DNA of 64,000 bases from Daphnia carinata (taxonomy: Eukaryota): positions 2,976,001 through 3,040,000 of the forward strand of contig NC_081332.1 of NCBI RefSeq assembly GCF_022539665.2, read 5' to 3'. Both the position numbers and the translations under genes were made by a program. The notes under the pieces were generated by a model. It was not told the DNA's origin. It did no database searches and saw nothing but the letters and a program-made list of their open reading frames with translations. Positions within the stretch are counted from its first letter, which is position 1. Each line of letters starts with the position of its first letter. This document shows positions 29,262 to 40,800 of this stretch, in pieces.

Positions 29262-29764
29262 CTTTAGAGTTTAAAATACAAAGAAAATTTCAAATGAACG
29301 AGAGAAAAAAAAAACGGAAAACAAACAAACGGAACACGAAAATAATAGATGTGTGTGTGTGTGTGTGGCTGCGCGCGCTACGTTTTGTATATAAAGGGCG
29401 TGTCATCATATCATCATCTAAACCGTGTTGTACAATAAGTGCAATTCGTCGGCTAAATAACGGCAATAATCATCCATTTGTATAGCGGCTAGGGAGGGGA
29501 CATCCAATAGTTGGACAATGAAATTCACAAAAAAAAAAAAAAATAATGACCACAAATTTCAAAAAGAATATAAAAGGAGGGTCCACGATGAAATTGAACG
29601 CACTGAAATGTTGTCACACGCGCATTTACTCCTCCCCAAAAAAGAAATTGTGTGTACGCCACTGTCAAACCGCACCGTGATTTTTTTTTTTTTCACTTTC
29701 TTTGTGTTTGTTGTTTTCCGCCGGACCTGACGTACGCAACTACACACACACACACACGGACTTA

Positions 29765-29800
<36 letters not shown>
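29765..29800. repeat. (AT)n microsatellite next to the putative poly(A) signal
   Basis: Directly visible, one interruption. Confidence 0.9.
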
Positions 29801-29811
29801 GAACATGTACA

Positions 29812-29817
29812 TTTATT
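29812..29817 (-). terminator. Candidate polyadenylation signal AATAAA for omb (3' UTR about 1.1 kb)
   Basis: TTTATT on + strand; the first canonical hexamer I found downstream of the stop codon, followed by (AT)n and GT-rich sequence on the minus strand. No transcript evidence. Confidence 0.4.
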
Positions 29818-30898
29818 AGATACACAGCCCACACACACACGCGTATATATCTATTTTAAATATAGGTGTGTGTTTTTTACTAGAACTTTGAAGAGAGACG
29901 ACAGTTTGCCAAAAAATGAGAAGAAAGCCACACAAACGAATAGATCGGAATAAATCCCCCCCCCCAACGTCCGGCCGACATCAACAAACAACAACAAATG
30001 AAGACTTGAAACGCAAAAGAGAATAACCGTATATATAATAGTTTGACATGACATACGTATAGGCCTATATCGTAATGAGAGAGCACGAACAAAAAGAAAC
30101 GGACGTGTGTGTAAGAGGCAAGGAAATGGAGACGTGTGTGTGAAAATGTCAAACTCATTGGCACACGAACGGATTTTTTTTTTTTTTGATCACACAAAAT
30201 GAAAAATGTTGAGAAAAAAAAAAACAGCGATGATAAATGGTGTGTACACGATTTTGTATATGCAAATGATGTTTTCATACCCGGGTATGTTACTAGACGA
30301 GGAGGCAGGTAGGCAGAGCAGTGTGATCGGAGGGAGGTTTATATGTCGGACCTTTTTTTTTTGAAAATTGCATGAACAGACATTCTCAACACACACACAA
30401 GATACAAGCATGTACAATGAGAGATGAAACTCGTGGAATTGGGGGGGAGGGCGGACCAGATGGAAAATAATTCTTAAGAAAAAAGACCACACGTATTTCA
30501 ACATTATTTTTTTTTTTTTCTCTTTGGTTTCGAAGATGTTTCTGTTTTTCTCGTCTGTTTGTGTGTCTGTGTGTGTAGAGACTAACCTAACCAAAAATGA
30601 TTTGTTCGAAATTCTTTCAACTATTATATTCACATTCATTTTGTAAAAAAAAAAAAAAAAAAAAATCCTTGCCAGATGCTAGTGGTTTGGAATTGTGCCA
30701 TTGAAGAAAAGACATGCGCTCAAAAAAAAACAAAACAAAAGTATACACACAGAGTTGCCATAGAATTCAACAAGATCAAGTCAAAAAAATGAGGGGGAAA
30801 AAAAAAGGAGAGAAGGAGATAATATATATATATATAAACTATAATTATTTAAAAAATTGTGACGAGACGATAAAAAAAAATATGGGGAGGATGAGAAA

Positions 30899-32241
30899 CT
30901 ACTTTGGATCGCAACTGTCGATGGATCCGTTGGATTCAGCACCGGCGGCAATCATGCCCTTGGCCATTTCTAAGCCGTTTATCATTTTCTCCATGTTCTT
31001 TAAATCGCTAGCCGATGCGGCGTTGCTGGCCGCGCTGCTCACCGTGCTCGAGACGGACGACGGTGTAGGAGACGGCGACCGGTGATGATGCGGCGGAGGC
31101 GATCCTTTAGGACTGGATCCTTTCGGACTGACGGCCTCGAAGGCGGACGAGCCCAACGACAGGCCGACGTGCGATTTGTGTCCAGCCGGTGGACTTGTAC
31201 TACTACCGCTGCCCGGCTGTAAACTGTAGGGAGCGAAACGGTGCTGACCTCTGAGACGTTGGCCGCTCTCTCCTCCTGCGCCAGTGGAAGGAGGCGTCGT
31301 CGACAGGGGTGTGGTGACGGGTAGAATTGGCGCCAACGGAAGAGAAGGAGGCTGGGACAAAGGATGGCCGACGCCTGTCGATGGGAGTGACGTTGCAACT
31401 TGTCCGGCTGCTGCCGCAGCCCCGGCGTTCGTGGCCGCCGAGTGGGCCGCAATGGCGGCCGAGAGATTCTGATAGGCGTGCGGATGGAAGAGCTGATGCT
31501 GTGCGGCCAGGGCCAACTGGGCGTTCAGCAGCAAATTGTGTCCGGCCATGTGGGCGCCCATGTGCGCAGACGCGGCGGCGGCAGCCAGGCCGGCCATGGC
31601 GTGACCGGACGGGCCAGATGGACCGTGAGCTCCGTGATTGATGCCGTGGCCGTGAGCGTGATGGAGTAGCTGACTCAGCTGATGCAGAGACGGCCCTCCC
31701 GGATACAATCCAGCACCCGGATAGAGGTAAGGGAGCAGATGAGGTGGCGGAGGTAGAGGTGGGCCTAAACTGACCGTGCTGGGGTGGACGGACGAGAGGA
31801 GACCGCCGGCGCCGCCCGAATTGGCCAACGCCGAATGGATGTGCTGGGCGGCAGCGGCGGCCGCGGCTGCAGCCGCAGCAGCCGCCGAGCCAGGAGACAA
31901 CATGGAAGCCGGCCCTGCTGCAGCGTTGCCACCACTGGCAGCGCCGTGTTGTTGCTGCTGCTGTTGGCCTCCGCCGGACGACGACGACACTCTTTGATTC
32001 AAATGATTCTCTCGATTCCTCTGCATGTGTTGTTGCATCTGCTGCTGGACGAGCAAGTGATGCTGCAGGCTGTGATTGTGGTGCGGATGAAGACTGTTGA
32101 GGTGATGGTTGTGCAGTTGATGATGCAAAGACGACGGCTGATGTTGGTGATGGTGGTGGTCGTTGTTGCCGTCGGAATCCGAGTCGCCGTGGTGGTGCGA
32201 CGGCGTCCCCGTCCGGCTCATATCCTCCGACATGCTGGCAT
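30899..32241 (-). CDS. omb: omb terminal coding exon 7 (His/Gln/Ala/Pro-rich C-terminus with HRFAPY and SDLKNMEKMINGLE)
   Basis: Acceptor AAATAG|AT GCC AGC ATG completes the phase-1 codon G|AT and joins the 444-aa ORF 30899..32233. TAG stop at 30899-30901. Confidence 0.92.
30968..31009 (-). other. Conserved Tbx2/3 terminal amphipathic motif SDLKNMEKMINGLE
   Basis: Aligns by eye with the ELQSIQRLVSGL-type motif at the end of vertebrate TBX2/TBX3. Confidence 0.7.
31226..31243 (-). other. Conserved Tbx2/3 C-terminal motif HRFAPY (RFxPY)
   Basis: Corresponds to the RFSPY motif of vertebrate TBX2/TBX3 C-terminal regions; preceded by basic RLRGQ. Confidence 0.7.
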
Positions 32242-33143
32242 CTATTTGTTTTTAAATAGAAACGTTTGTTTTTTTTTTACTTTTCCGAGAATAACTTTTT
32301 ACGATTTTATAATAACACTTGATGTTTCCCTATATAGAATGAAGGCCAAAATTTAAAAAAAAAAGGGAGGCAGTATTTCCGGTGTGGTTTTACATGTTTC
32401 CTTTTTGAAAGGAGGTATCAAAGTCTCGTCTTTAAAGGGCATTTTTAAAAGTCCATAATAAGTTGGCAGTTATATCTATTTATTTTTTTTTTCCCCACTT
32501 CTATTGTTTGTCTGTTTGTTTTTTTCTCTAATTCTTGGAGCTGTCAACGGACGCCAACCGCAAAGCGGAAACACAATTGCCTCGACGCCGTGGAAAAAAA
32601 AGGGGCAACCATTTTTTTTTTTGTGCGCAAAAAGGAGGACACGAAAGACACGCACGAAACGTGAAAAGTGGCGTCATTTTCGACAGAGTTTGGCGGCTGT
32701 TTCACGACACTTGGAGAATATATGGACAGGTGTGTGTGTGTCTATTAGTTCATTGGGTTGTTTGCTGCTTCTGTCTGCTAGACACGAAAATAACCAAAAA
32801 GACTAAGGCACACATGTCTTTCGAAAAAGAAAGAAAGACTATGTAAAATAGCCGCGAGAGACATTAACAAGTCCGTGTCAATGGCCGGGCAGGGCGACTG
32901 TGCCCCCTTTTCACGCTTCATGGGCATTTCACTACTCACTTTTCCCAAAGTTTCTATTCTTTTTTTTTTTTTTTTTTGTTTTGTTTTTAAAGAAGAAAAT
33001 GGACAAGGTAAATACAATAAAAATATCAAATTGGAGGCCTTCCTTTAGGAGTGTGTAGTAAAAACGGGAAGGAGAGAGGGAGCCAAAAATAAAAACAAAA
33101 CAAAAAAGAAAAAAGAGTTGAATGGACAAGGTGAGACACTTAC

Positions 33144-33496
33144 CGTCAGAGATGTGAAGGGGAGATGCGCCGTCTCGTCCGTCGCTAGTGCCGACAACGT
33201 CCAGTTTCTCGTCGTCCAGATCGTGAACGCCATCTTGACTGGAATCGGGAGCCGGCGAGCAGGACATGGACATGGCGCCGCCAGTTGCGTGACCGTGAAC
33301 GCCGCCACCGAGCACGGCCAGGTGATGCGCGTGGTGGTGTCCGTGGTGATGGCCGTGATGGCCAACGTGGTGATGGCCGTGCAGACCCGTACTGCCTACA
33401 CCTACACCTCCGCCGCTGGACGAATGGTGGTGGTGATGTTTGTGCGGCGACGGATCGTCGTGATGCCGTTGCGACGCTGCCAACATGGCCTGCCTG
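33144..33496 (-). CDS. omb: omb coding exon 6 (RQAML..., His/Gly-rich, DDEKLDVVG motif)
   Basis: Tandem acceptor TTCAG|CAG|G (exon start 33496 or 33493), phase-compatible with exon 5. Donor TCT GAC G|GTAAGT (phase 1). GC-rich coding-like island within ORF 32932..33510. Confidence 0.88.
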
Positions 33497-34557
33497 CTGA
33501 ATCGAATCAAACCAATAAGTTGGGCTTCTCATTTTCGTCCAAAATTCACCCCCCTCCCCCTTTTTGACGGTGTGTAGTCGAGTGTGTAGAAGCTGAGACG
33601 ACAGACTGTGTTTTTTTTTTTCTTTCTTTATGTTTATTGTTTTATGGGTTGGCTAGTCGCCTGTCTCAACTTCTCAACGTACGTATGATCAACTTTATCC
33701 CCTCTACCCCCCAATTACCACAATGATGTCTTGGTTTTTCCTTTCACCTTTTTTTTTTTCTTTCCTTGTCTCTTTTTCTCTCACTTGATGAGCAATTGCT
33801 CGTTGGAAGGTTCAAAAAGTCCCAACAACAAGCCCCCAGTAGAAGAAACAAAAGATAACAATAAAAAAAAAACGGACGAGAACTGTCAAATAGACAGTCG
33901 GTTGTGTCTATATAACAAGGTCGCATCTGCTTCTTGTTGGAACCTCATTTGGCCTGTGTGTGTGTCGTTCTCTCGGCTAATACGACGGACACACTGTGAA
34001 AATGTGAACATCTGCCCGGGGTTTTAGAGTAATTAGCCGCGGATCGGATGACAGCTTGCGGTGTCTGTGTGTGTTGGTGGAGGAGTAGTGGTGTGGCAAA
34101 GGGTGAATACAGCGAGATTGTCCGACTACTTACTTTACTTACTCTCTCTCTGCTCTTTCTCTTACTGTGTACAAACACACACAGCAGCAGCAGAGAAAGA
34201 GAGAATTGTATGCGCTCTTTTTCAAGGGGGAGGATGGCCTACACCCAGCGGGATACTAAAAACGAGAGGGGCGTTGGGGAGGTTTCGCTCTGTGTGTGTA
34301 GGGACAAGCATAAGCGAGCGTGTGCTCGTTGTTTGCACAACAAATGACGACCATTTCATCGGCTCGTGATCCCCCCCCCCCTCTTCTATCTCGTAACTGG
34401 CGCCAGTGTCAACAAAAGCAAAGAGCCTCTCTGTCTATTATTTGTCAATCTGCTGGACACTGGGCGCTTTTCCCTAGCCCCCCGCGGAATGTTGTCATGT
34501 TTGGTCAAACAAAAAAAAAAAAAACAAGAGAAAAGGGAAGAAAACTATTCAACTCAC

Positions 34558-34634
34558 TTTTTTTCACGCTTGCCAGCTCCAGTGTCCCGGAATCCTTTGG
34601 CGAACGGGTTGTTATCGATTTTCAATTGCGTGAT
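34558..34634 (-). CDS. omb: omb coding exon 5 (T-box end: [25 protein letters not shown])
   Basis: Acceptor TTTCCCAG|ATC; donor AAA AA|GTGAGT (phase 2); 77 nt; hallmark NPFAKGFR. Confidence 0.96.
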
Positions 34635-34736
34635 CTGGGAAATTTCAAAAACAAAAGAATGATTATCGATGCAAAAATGGAGGGGAAAAAAAAGGGCACT
34701 CGACGTGCGTTGGAGAAGGTCGACACCTTTTCTTAC

Positions 34737-34883
34737 CTTTTCATTTTGATAAGCCGTGACGGCGATGAACTCGGTCTCCTTGAAGACGTAAGTGCGAAAC
34801 GTGCTGTAGGGCAGCTTGAGGATGTCGTTGGCGCGCACCAGATGAAATCGCGGCTGGTACTTGTGCATCGAATTCAATATCGT
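34737..34883 (-). CDS. omb: omb coding exon 4 (T-box: [49 protein letters not shown])
   Basis: Acceptor AAGCAG|ACG; donor GAA AAG|GTAAGA; 147 nt, phase 0-0. Confidence 0.96.
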
Positions 34884-37800
34884 CTGCTTTAACCAAGAAA
34901 AAAGGCGAGACACGAAATAAAAAAAAAGAAAAACATGATTAATCTGCACACACACTACCCATTTTTTTCTTCTTTAAATTCTATTCAAAAAGAAATCAAT
35001 AAAACGATCGTCATCAGCGTTGATTGTCTACCATCCAACCCCTACACGCCCCCCCCCCCCACCCGCAATTTTCGGAAATTCACTCAATCGTTAATATTTA
35101 TACGATTTTTTTGTGTGTGTCATTTTCGTTTTTTTTTATGCGACTGAGTCAGACGCGGGGAGTTGATTGCGATTGATTTGTCATCGGTGCGCGTGCGCTG
35201 CCCAATTTTCGCGCATCGTCGACCATCAGAATGTGCTGTCGAGACGGGAGGCTGATTTGATGTGTTATTTTGGCCTGAATGTCAGCCAAGGGTTTGTTCG
35301 TCTGTGTGAACCGCAATAACGAAGAGGGAACGAACGCCAAACGACGGCCGATTGTTCTCACACGAGGAACAGCGTCGCCCTTTTGCATCCCCCCCCCCGT
35401 TTTTCACAGACAGGCAGACACAAAGACACACACAAAGGGGTGGCAATGTGATGCAACTAGAGTCACGTCGCAACGACTCGATGAAAAAAAAAAAAAAATC
35501 AAAGAGTTTTAGGGAAAAAGAAGGAAACAGCAGCACCTTATATACGCCCCTATACGCTGTCAGACTAGCAAAATCCTCAGAGAGACGCGGGTCACAAAAG
35601 ATGCCGAATTCTATGAGAATTGGTATATTCCCCCCCCCTCTCAGTGGTAATGGAGAAAGAGCCAACTAGATACCATCAGCTTTTTAGGAAATTAGCTATT
35701 TATACAAATGCACACGCATTCATTTTCCATCCCCTCTGCCAATAAGGGAGGGGATAAGGGTAACAACAATCAACAAGAACCGGAAATGTCTTTTAAATAT
35801 TCTAATATCTTTTGAACTCTTGCCGCGCATCTAATAATGGTAATGCACAATTTCTTCAATTTTCATAGACATTTTTTTTTTTCAACCTGAATTTCGAAAA
35901 ACGATTTTCAACTAGAAACAAAAAGAAAAATTCTAAAATAGGGAAAACCAGTTTTGTTTGTATATTTGTGTGTGTGTGTCCCCCTGCAATGTCGAAGGGG
36001 GAACCTGCTTCTGTTGCCTGTAAGTATATCTATTTCTCACTGTCTCACACTACCTGAGCCGGAGCAAGAGATAAAAAAGAAAACAAAAAACGTCTACACA
36101 GAAGTGGAGAAATGAGCTGCTCTCTTTCGTGGAATGCGTTCCTACGTCTAGCGATATAGACCGAAGATGGTTGTGTGAGTGTAGGAATGCTGTTTTCAGG
36201 GAAGGGGGGCGCACCATCGTCGGCTACTGGACAGGGGCTAGTACAGCTCCCGCTTATGTGCCGCTTGTTTGGACCTTGGACTCTTCTCGGCGTTCCAAAA
36301 CTTCTTCTTCTTTGGCCCTTAACGATAGATTACAACGCCATGGCGGCCCACACTATCCCGACAACAAGGACGGAATGTGTCCATTTTGTGCCTCCTACCA
36401 CGTTGCCATCAAGAAATTCGGGAATCAAGATTTTCTTTTCTTAACAAAAAAAACAAAAAAACAAAAGGAAAACGGGAGTCGTTGGAAAACGAACGAGCGC
36501 ACGTGTGCGCACAGATATATCATCGGGACCCGCAGGTACTTTTTTTTTTTTCTAAGCCGCTTCGCTCTGTGTATGCACTTACACACCTTTGGAATGTAGC
36601 TGACAAATTCTGAGGACCATGCACGCAAAAGAAAAATGTCGAAAGATTTTAATTTTTTTTTTTTTTGTTAAGATGAAATAAAATAAAACGGGAAACTAGG
36701 CGAAAAGCTTCGTTGCACGGTAGTCACCAATGACAAATGTTGTCGTTCATTACGTGTGCACCTGAGCTATAGAGTGCGCATTCTTCTTTTATTTTTTTCA
36801 AGATTTCGCTTGCGTATCTCTGTTTTTAAAAATTCATAGCCACCGCAAAAAAAAAAAAAAAAAAAAAAAGAATCGATGTGGGCGGTCGTCTTTGGATTGA
36901 AATTTAAAGAAAAAAAAAGGGGACGCACAGGTAAAATAAAACGGTGAAGAAGAAGAAGAACCCAAAACTATTTTGGTTGTGTTGTTTATCCCGCGGCTAC
37001 AACCATCTGGTTGCTGCTGGTGGTCGTTTTCTTCTTCGCGTGAAAAACGAAAAAAAAAACAAACACGGACACCCAATCACAGCCCGCAGGTCTCGATGGT
37101 GTTTGTATATCAAACACGATCAAATCTTTCGATATTTCTTTCCCGATTTCACCATAAAAACAAAGCCAAGAAATGAAAAATAAAATAATAATAGAGCTCG
37201 TGCTCCCCGTGATTAAGCCGAAAAGTGGGAAGATGACCGCAGGAATAAATTCGAAAGATTTTTGTTTAAAAAAAAAGTGTGTTGGGTGGGATGATTACGC
37301 TCGTCTGCGGGCTATTTGCTCTTCGGTGTGTGATGACTTTTCGTGGATGGAAAAGGTGTTGGATGTAATAAGATATCGGCCCCGATCAGAGCGTGCAACA
37401 CAAAAAAAGAAAACAGGTCTCTGCCCCTTTTTTGGGAACGCAACCTCTCAAGAAAAAAGAAAATCAAAGTGTGGCTTCTAGGACCCATTATTATTATCCA
37501 CGCCGACGAAAGGCGTCATCTATTGTGTTGTTGTTGTTGTCGAGAACGGGCAGAAGGAAGAACAAAAGAGTTTCTTCAAAGTGAGACGTGTTTAAGTGGC
37601 TCCTGCCATCCACGAAAAGGAAAAAAAAAAATGGAAAAATATTGAAGAGATCGGAAGGATAAAACATTTAAAGGCGTCGGGACGGTAACAATGGCGGCGT
37701 GATTTTTTATGGTTCGACTCGATTGGCACCGATGAAGACGAGAAAAGAAGAATAAACTTGATGGCTATAAATCATCAAACAGGTGAGAGAGTAGGTCCGG

Positions 37801-40800
37801 CCCATTTCCATGCAAATTCCCCTACGCCAAACCGACACATTTCGGGGATCCCACAAGTTTGTTTTTCTCTTGCCCAACGGTGGGATGGGGCGGACAGGTT
37901 GTAAACTACGCGTTACAGATGAGGTGCCCTTCTTTCATTCTTTTATATCAGAGTAATGGCAAACAACAAATGGTAGTAGTACTCGCACTGAATGTGTGAA
38001 ATCAAGGAAACGAGTCATCAGGAAAAAACAAATGCCATTCTTTCTTTCTTTCTCAAAAAACAAACACACACAGATCTATCCATTTTTATAGCTCCCGCGT
38101 GCGGTGTACGTTGGCCGCCCAATCGTCTTCATTCCCCTCATCCCTCGTACGACTCGCTTATTATTCGATCGTGCACAGGTAGTTTTTTTTTTTTTCTTTT
38201 CCGACGGCCCGTGCCGTTGAGAAGGAAGAAAAAAAAGAAACGAATAAATATACATATACATCATCATCCGAAAAAGAAACGAAAGAAGAAGGTGCAGACA
38301 AATTCATTTCCCTCTTGTGGTGTTTGATGTGAAACTTTAAACCAATCGCCTACGGCTGAACCGAGCCCCTGTATACAAGAGTTAAGAAAAGATGATAATC
38401 ATGATAATAATCATATAATGATAGTGTATAATGCACTGTGCGCGCAAAGCATACACTACGAACCGGCCACGCTATATGCCCAGCCGCACGTCGATTGTTT
38501 GGCGCCTGGGAAGGTGTGGCTGGCCCATTCAGCCACACACACAAACTATTTCTTTTCTTTCTTTCTTTCTTTTTTTAATCAACAACGCCTCCTTCCAAGT
38601 TGAGTTTTATTTAAATAAGATGCCTAGTCAGAATTTTTGCGTTTTGGGGAGAGAAGAAAAACGGAAACAATTGATAAAGAGGCCCGTTGCTCATCAAGTT
38701 TGATGTCTTTGCTTGGAAGGGAAAAAAAGGGGCCGACCAATTTTCACACATCATTCGAAACTATCACGATTTCGGGTTACGGCCCACTGCATTTTTCTTT
38801 CCCATCATCACGAAAGAGGAGAAATCTATTTAGTCAATGAGGAATGTGATGCTTTTCAATGGATAGGCAAAACAGCTAGAGGCCATTTGTTACACCGAAA
38901 ACGACTGGCGCCAGCTATTATACACTCTTCTTTAACAACACAGCCCTCATATTCTTGTTGCTGTTTTTAAAAAATAAGGTAGGTGCCTCCATGAGGGTTT
39001 TCTTTTTTTTTTTTTTTTCTATGAAAACGCAGAGAAGATTCAATACCCCCATTCAAATATATATTTTTTTAATTCAAATTTGTTAGCCCGAAAGATTCGT
39101 GTGTGTGGGGGAGAGGCAAAAAAAAAACATGGCCCCATTTTCGTGCCAAATCGGGAATCGTCTTTTTCCTTTAAACAACCCGAATACTCGAACAGAATCG
39201 ACAATTAGTTTGTATACCTTTCCAACTGACCAAAAATGCTGAATGATTTCTTGTTTTGATTTCATTTCTTTTCTGAATTTCCCTCAGTTTTTTTCAATCT
39301 AGCAAGTGTTTGTTGCCACGCTATCCCCCCGTCCTTCTTCTTTCTGTCTTTCTATTTCTCGCACGCCCGAGACGCTCGCCGCTCCCGGCGTGAGAATATG
39401 ATAATCGCCACGCTCGTTATTCTGTCGTCTTGCCGAAAGGAAACGAACGGTGTAAGATAAAAATGAGGGAGAAAAAAAAAAAAAAAGACTTTGTGAGTGT
39501 GTCTAGATGTTTTGGTTAGGTGGGCAAACAACAGTCTCTATAGGCATTTGCAACAGTGAACACATTTCACGCCGACAGAAAAGGTGAGGATGTGCGTCTT
39601 TTTTTTTTTATTTTATAGCTCTCTTTCGGGAAAAATTTTTTTCTCGAGTCCCGATGCGTGTTAGTGTCGGATGAAGCGAAATGATGGAGTGTATAAATAT
39701 AGCAGCTACTTTCCTACTTTCAATAGATGCAGCAGCAAGCCAGTAAAACAACAACTCTATTATACGAACGGCGACCCGAAACAAGAGTCTTAATGAATTC
39801 AAAAAAAGAAAATAAAAGAGGCGCCAGAAAAAAACAAAAAACAAACGACGATAGTGAGTTTGGCTGCTGTTTTTTTTTTCTGCTTATAAATGACGGGCAA
39901 AATCAGCTGGCCCTAAACTAAGAAAGAAAATGATTTTTATTTCCTTCGCAAACGAGAATTCGGGTGTCGGTAAAAAGTGTTCCAAGAATATTCCAACCTA
40001 TCCAATTTTTAATTTTCCACTGCGGTAGACGCACACACACACAAAAAAAAATTCCCCGACAAGGCTATCGAATCCATTTTTTTTTTTAAATCAACAATAG
40101 AGAAGGACTCGTGTCTCCTTCCTTTTTGCTGTTACTTTCTCAGCTTGTCCCCCCTCTTTATCGCACACTTTTCAGGCTTCTATATACATTACAATCTATT
40201 ACGATAGACACAGGGTTCTCGGTTTTTATAACAAGAGCAGCAGCCATTCATCTCTTCTGATGATGACCGCCCCTTTGCGACAGGCACAAAAAAAAACTTT
40301 AATTTTTGGTTGAAAAAAAAAGAAGAGGGGAATGCAACGATAAGTTGAGCGACAGGAAGAGGGTCGGACGCGTTTCATGTTTTCACGGCATCCCTATCGC
40401 ACCGTATAATTTCACCTTTCGTGATGATTTTCTAGAAAAACGAATCAACTTCCTCTCGTTATCATCTTTGAAGCGCACACACACAAAAAAATACGTGTCA
40501 ACTAACGTAGAAGTGGAAAGACCACATCCAACACTTTTCGGGCCTTGGTTTTTAATTGAAATGAGAACAAGGGACTAGGTGGGATTTTTTTTTCTTTTAA
40601 AGTCAAATGAGCTCCAAAAAAAAAAAAGATAATTGGAAGTAGTTTTTTGTGTGTGTGTGTGTTGATGTTATAACCTGTCCAGTTTGTGTGCAAAGCAAAT
40701 AAGAGATTTCTCAATAAGCTTGTGTGTGTGTGTGTACTGTCTTATATACCGACATCGTAAAACTCTCCACACGGGCCCCGCCAGCCTAAACAAATAGAAC

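Noticed and set aside
31039..32356. Overlapping antisense and alternate-frame ORFs over exon 7 (e.g. 31784..32356 +, 31327..31641 +)
   Set aside because: Shadows of GC-rich low-complexity coding sequence; no recognisable domain.
33045..33567. Alternate-frame ORFs over exon 6
   Set aside because: By-products of His/Gly codon repeats; only one frame fits the flanking splice phases.
34320..34892. 190-aa plus-strand ORF antisense to T-box exons 4-5
   Set aside because: Antisense shadow with no independent coding signal.
37690..37730. GGTTCGACTC T-loop/B-box-like sequence
   Set aside because: No cloverleaf pairing or properly spaced A-box; not a tRNA.
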